Assembly: GCF_033971905.1 (NCBI RefSeq)
Contig: NZ_JALBUT010000009.1
Span: 8,615 to 40,614, forward strand
Reading direction: 5' to 3'
Length of the DNA: 32,000 nucleotides
From: Intestinicryptomonas porci
GTDB taxonomy: Bacteria > Verrucomicrobiota > Verrucomicrobiia > Opitutales > Intestinicryptomonadaceae
The translations under genes and the position numbers were made by a program. Shown here piece by piece: positions 30,150 to 32,000 of this stretch (the stretch's first letter is position 1; every line of letters begins with the position of its first letter). The notes below the pieces were generated by a model that had not been told where the DNA came from, did not search any database, and was given only the letters and a program-made list of their open reading frames with translations.

Positions 30150-30542
30150 TCAGTCTTTTTTGGGAACTGATTTCAAAATTTGAGAAAGCATGTGTATGGA
30201 TTCGCGCATGGGTCTTCTCTGCAAAAATTCGGCGACAATTTTTAGATCGTCGTCAAGAGTTGAAGTTGAGTGCCTGCCCTTAATTATAGGCTCAATTACG
30301 TCCAAGTTGCAACCTACGCGCTCAATTTCATCTTTCAAATACGCGTTTAAAATTTTTACGCCAAATTCATCGTTATCCCACTCGTTTAAAAGTTTTTTCA
30401 AAGTCTCAGTAGAAGGGCGAACGCCTTGCTTTAAATTCGTCGGCATGGTCTTGTTGAGACCATTCTGCTCCGCCCACGACGACGGCGCAACTCCCGACTT
30501 ATTACAGGCTTCAATGAATTCCGTATAAAGGTAATTTTGCAT
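30150..30542 (-). CDS. Small putative DNA-binding protein, Cro/CI (XRE)-like HTH at the N-terminus (130 aa)
   Basis: The segment FIEACNKSGVAPSSWAEQNGLNKTMPTNLKQGVRPSTETLKKLL resembles the XRE/phage-CI HTH pattern (..eLA...G.s.s.is....G...Ps...l.kl). It has its own terminator and is divergent from the repeat lipoprotein. The family assignment comes from pattern only. Confidence 0.5.
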   Translation of the reverse strand: MQNYLYTEFIEACNKSGVAPSSWAEQNGLNKTMPTNLKQGVRPSTETLKKLLNEWDNDEFGVKILNAYLKDEIERVGCNLDVIEPIIKGRHSTSTLDDDLKIVAEFLQRRPMRESIHMLSQILKSVPKKD

Positions 30543-30672
30543 AAATTAAATACAGATTCAAATTGAAATTTAAATGCGAATCAATTTTTAAGATTGACAG
30601 GTTTTTCAATTTTAATCTGAAATTTAGATTTAAATAGAGATTAAAAAAAACATTCAAAAAACAATTAAAATC

Positions 30673-32000
30673 ATGGAAAAGATAAGAGTTATAGTATGCA
30701 TTATGGCTGCGGGGCTGTGTGCGATGCTTGCGGGCTGCGGAGAGAGCGGCTCTAAAAAGTGGAGGCTCGACAACAATGATCTTACGCACGTTGAAAGGGC
30801 GTGGCTTGAAGAGGGGATAAAAATCCGCGAAAAAGCCCAAAAAACGGGCGATTGGAGCACTATCGATTGGCCCAATTTTCTTATAATGTTTCCTCAGGAC
30901 GCCAAAAAATGCGAGAAAGCAGGCGGCTTTGAAAAGTTCACCGGATGGGACTGGTCGAGGCTCATTGCCCAAGAGCCGCGCTTTGAAAAGCAGTGCGAAA
31001 AATTCGGCGGTTGGGCTAAAATGTCAAACAGCAACTGGATATCATTGCTCTCCGAAAACGAGTCGTTTATGAAAAAAGCCGACGAGCTCGACATTTGGAA
31101 GAATTTTTCCGCCAAAGACTGGCAGTACGCTCTTTCGACAAAAAAGCCTTATTTAAAAGATAAGTGCGACAAGCTTGACGGCTGGAAGCATTTTGATTTG
31201 CCCGCCTGGATGCAGATGATAAAAGAAGACGGCAAATTTTTGGAGTACGCCCAAGAGCGCAAGTTGTTCGACTGTTTGTCGGCGGATCAGTGGATTTCCA
31301 TATTGATTTCCGAAGAGGATCCGAAATTTTTGGAAATCGCAAAACATAAAGGAATCTTTAAAAATTTCAATTCAGAAAATTGGTATGACATTCTTTCGAA
31401 AAAACCTGAATTTGTGCCGTATTTTAAGGAGGTCGCTTCGTTTGATATTTTTACGGACAAGGATCTCTATAAATTGTACATCACGGTTTCGAATTTGCGT
31501 AACGAGATTTTCAAGCTTGGAAGAATCGACGTCGACGACGCGGCGGAGATGGAAAATATAATCGCGAAATTCCAGTCGCGCTTCGATGGGAATCGTCGTT
31601 CTTTTTATTCGAGAGATCGCGGAATTTCAGGCGCGGAGCTTGCCGTTGTTTTTGAAATGTTTCCCGATTACGCCATTTCCAAATTGAACGAGGGCGCAAT
31701 AAAATCTTTTGACAAAAGCGTGTTTGTGGATTTGTTCAGTCGCTGCGACAAATCGGTTTTCGATGGCATCTTGGAAAAGTACGCCTATGCCATCGCATGG
31801 AAAAAGATTTCTCTTTCGCAGTGGTTTGCGATTGTTGCCTCGCAGGAAAGCGGGTACGATTTGTTCAAAAAGAATGTGGATATAAAAACCGTTTCGGGCG
31901 CGGCGATAAAAGCGGCAATGTCGGATAATGTCAAAAATTTTGCCTATCTTTTTGAAAAGCACGATATGGGCAGGGAACTTTCAAAAAATCAGTGGGTCGA
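30673..32000 (+). CDS. Lipoprotein with 28-residue Trp-anchored tandem repeats (partial; runs off the window; not in the supplied ORF track)
   Basis: My own translation from ATG 30673 stays open for 442 codons to the window end. The signal peptide MEKIRVIVCIMAAGLCAMLAGC carries a canonical lipobox (LAG|C). All listed ORFs on the opposite strand here are short. Confidence 0.8.
   Translation, partial: MEKIRVIVCIMAAGLCAMLAGCGESGSKKWRLDNNDLTHVERAWLEEGIKIREKAQKTGDWSTIDWPNFLIMFPQDAKKCEKAGGFEKFTGWDWSRLIAQEPRFEKQCEKFGGWAKMSNSNWISLLSENESFMKKADELDIWKNFSAKDWQYALSTKKPYLKDKCDKLDGWKHFDLPAWMQMIKEDGKFLEYAQERKLFDCLSADQWISILISEEDPKFLEIAKHKGIFKNFNSENWYDILSKKPEFVPYFKEVASFDIFTDKDLYKLYITVSNLRNEIFKLGRIDVDDAAEMENIIAKFQSRFDGNRRSFYSRDRGISGAELAVVFEMFPDYAISKLNEGAIKSFDKSVFVDLFSRCDKSVFDGILEKYAYAIAWKKISLSQWFAIVASQESGYDLFKKNVDIKTVSGAAIKAAMSDNVKNFAYLFEKHDMGRELSKNQWV
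30862..31470 (+). repeat. About 7-8 tandem 28-aa repeats (protein level), consensus roughly x-[DN]-W-x-x-[LI]-[LI]-x-x-x-P-x-F-x-x-x-[CA]-[ED]-K-x-x-G-[WF]-x-x-F
   Basis: Anchor Trp residues are W66, W94, W122, W150, W179, W207 and W237, with codons at 30868, 30952, 31036, 31120, 31207, 31291 and 31381. Their spacings are 28, 28, 28, 29, 28 and 30 residues. Example units are WDWSRLIAQEPRFEKQCEKFGGWAKMSN, SNWISLLSENESFMKKADELDIWKNFSA and KDWQYALSTKKPYLKDKCDKLDGWKHFDL. Confidence 0.8.

Overview
Most of this window is conserved housekeeping DNA from a bacterium I cannot place taxonomically. By eye it is about 45-50% G+C, and few genes have a clear Shine-Dalgarno motif. Block 1 (+ strand, 1228-19325) is a complete, tightly packed division/cell-wall (dcw) operon: mraZ-rsmH-ftsL-ftsI-murE-murF-mraY-murD-[LysM protein]-ftsW-murG-murC-ddl-ftsQ-ftsA-ftsZ. 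Gaps between genes are 0-21 nt, apart from the 175-nt mraZ-rsmH spacer, and four junctions overlap. Block 2 (- strand, 29868-19329) is the F1Fo ATP synthase operon atpBEFHAGDC, followed by nadD-rsfS-comM and two small membrane proteins. Accessory-looking DNA sits only at the edges. On the left is an AT-rich orphan ORF (123-725) plus about 400 bp of AT-rich spacer. On the right is a small HTH-like gene (30150-30542, -), divergent from a lipoprotein gene that runs off the window (30673->32000, +). That gene is absent from the supplied ORF track and encodes a 28-residue Trp-anchored tandem repeat. I found no rRNA, tRNA, CRISPR array, transposase or integrase. I do not see a convincing novel multi-gene system. 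The points most worth a second look are: (1) a three-LysM, membrane-anchored protein embedded between murD and ftsW; (2) a 78-residue polyacidic tail on MurF; (3) a four-unit, 10-bp-phased TGGG(N) operator over the dcw promoter, which argues against the ORF-track mraZ start; (4) atypical ATP synthase subunits (short delta, long a subunit); (5) the edge repeat lipoprotein. I revised five ORF-track starts: mraZ, murE, murD, nadD and atpB.
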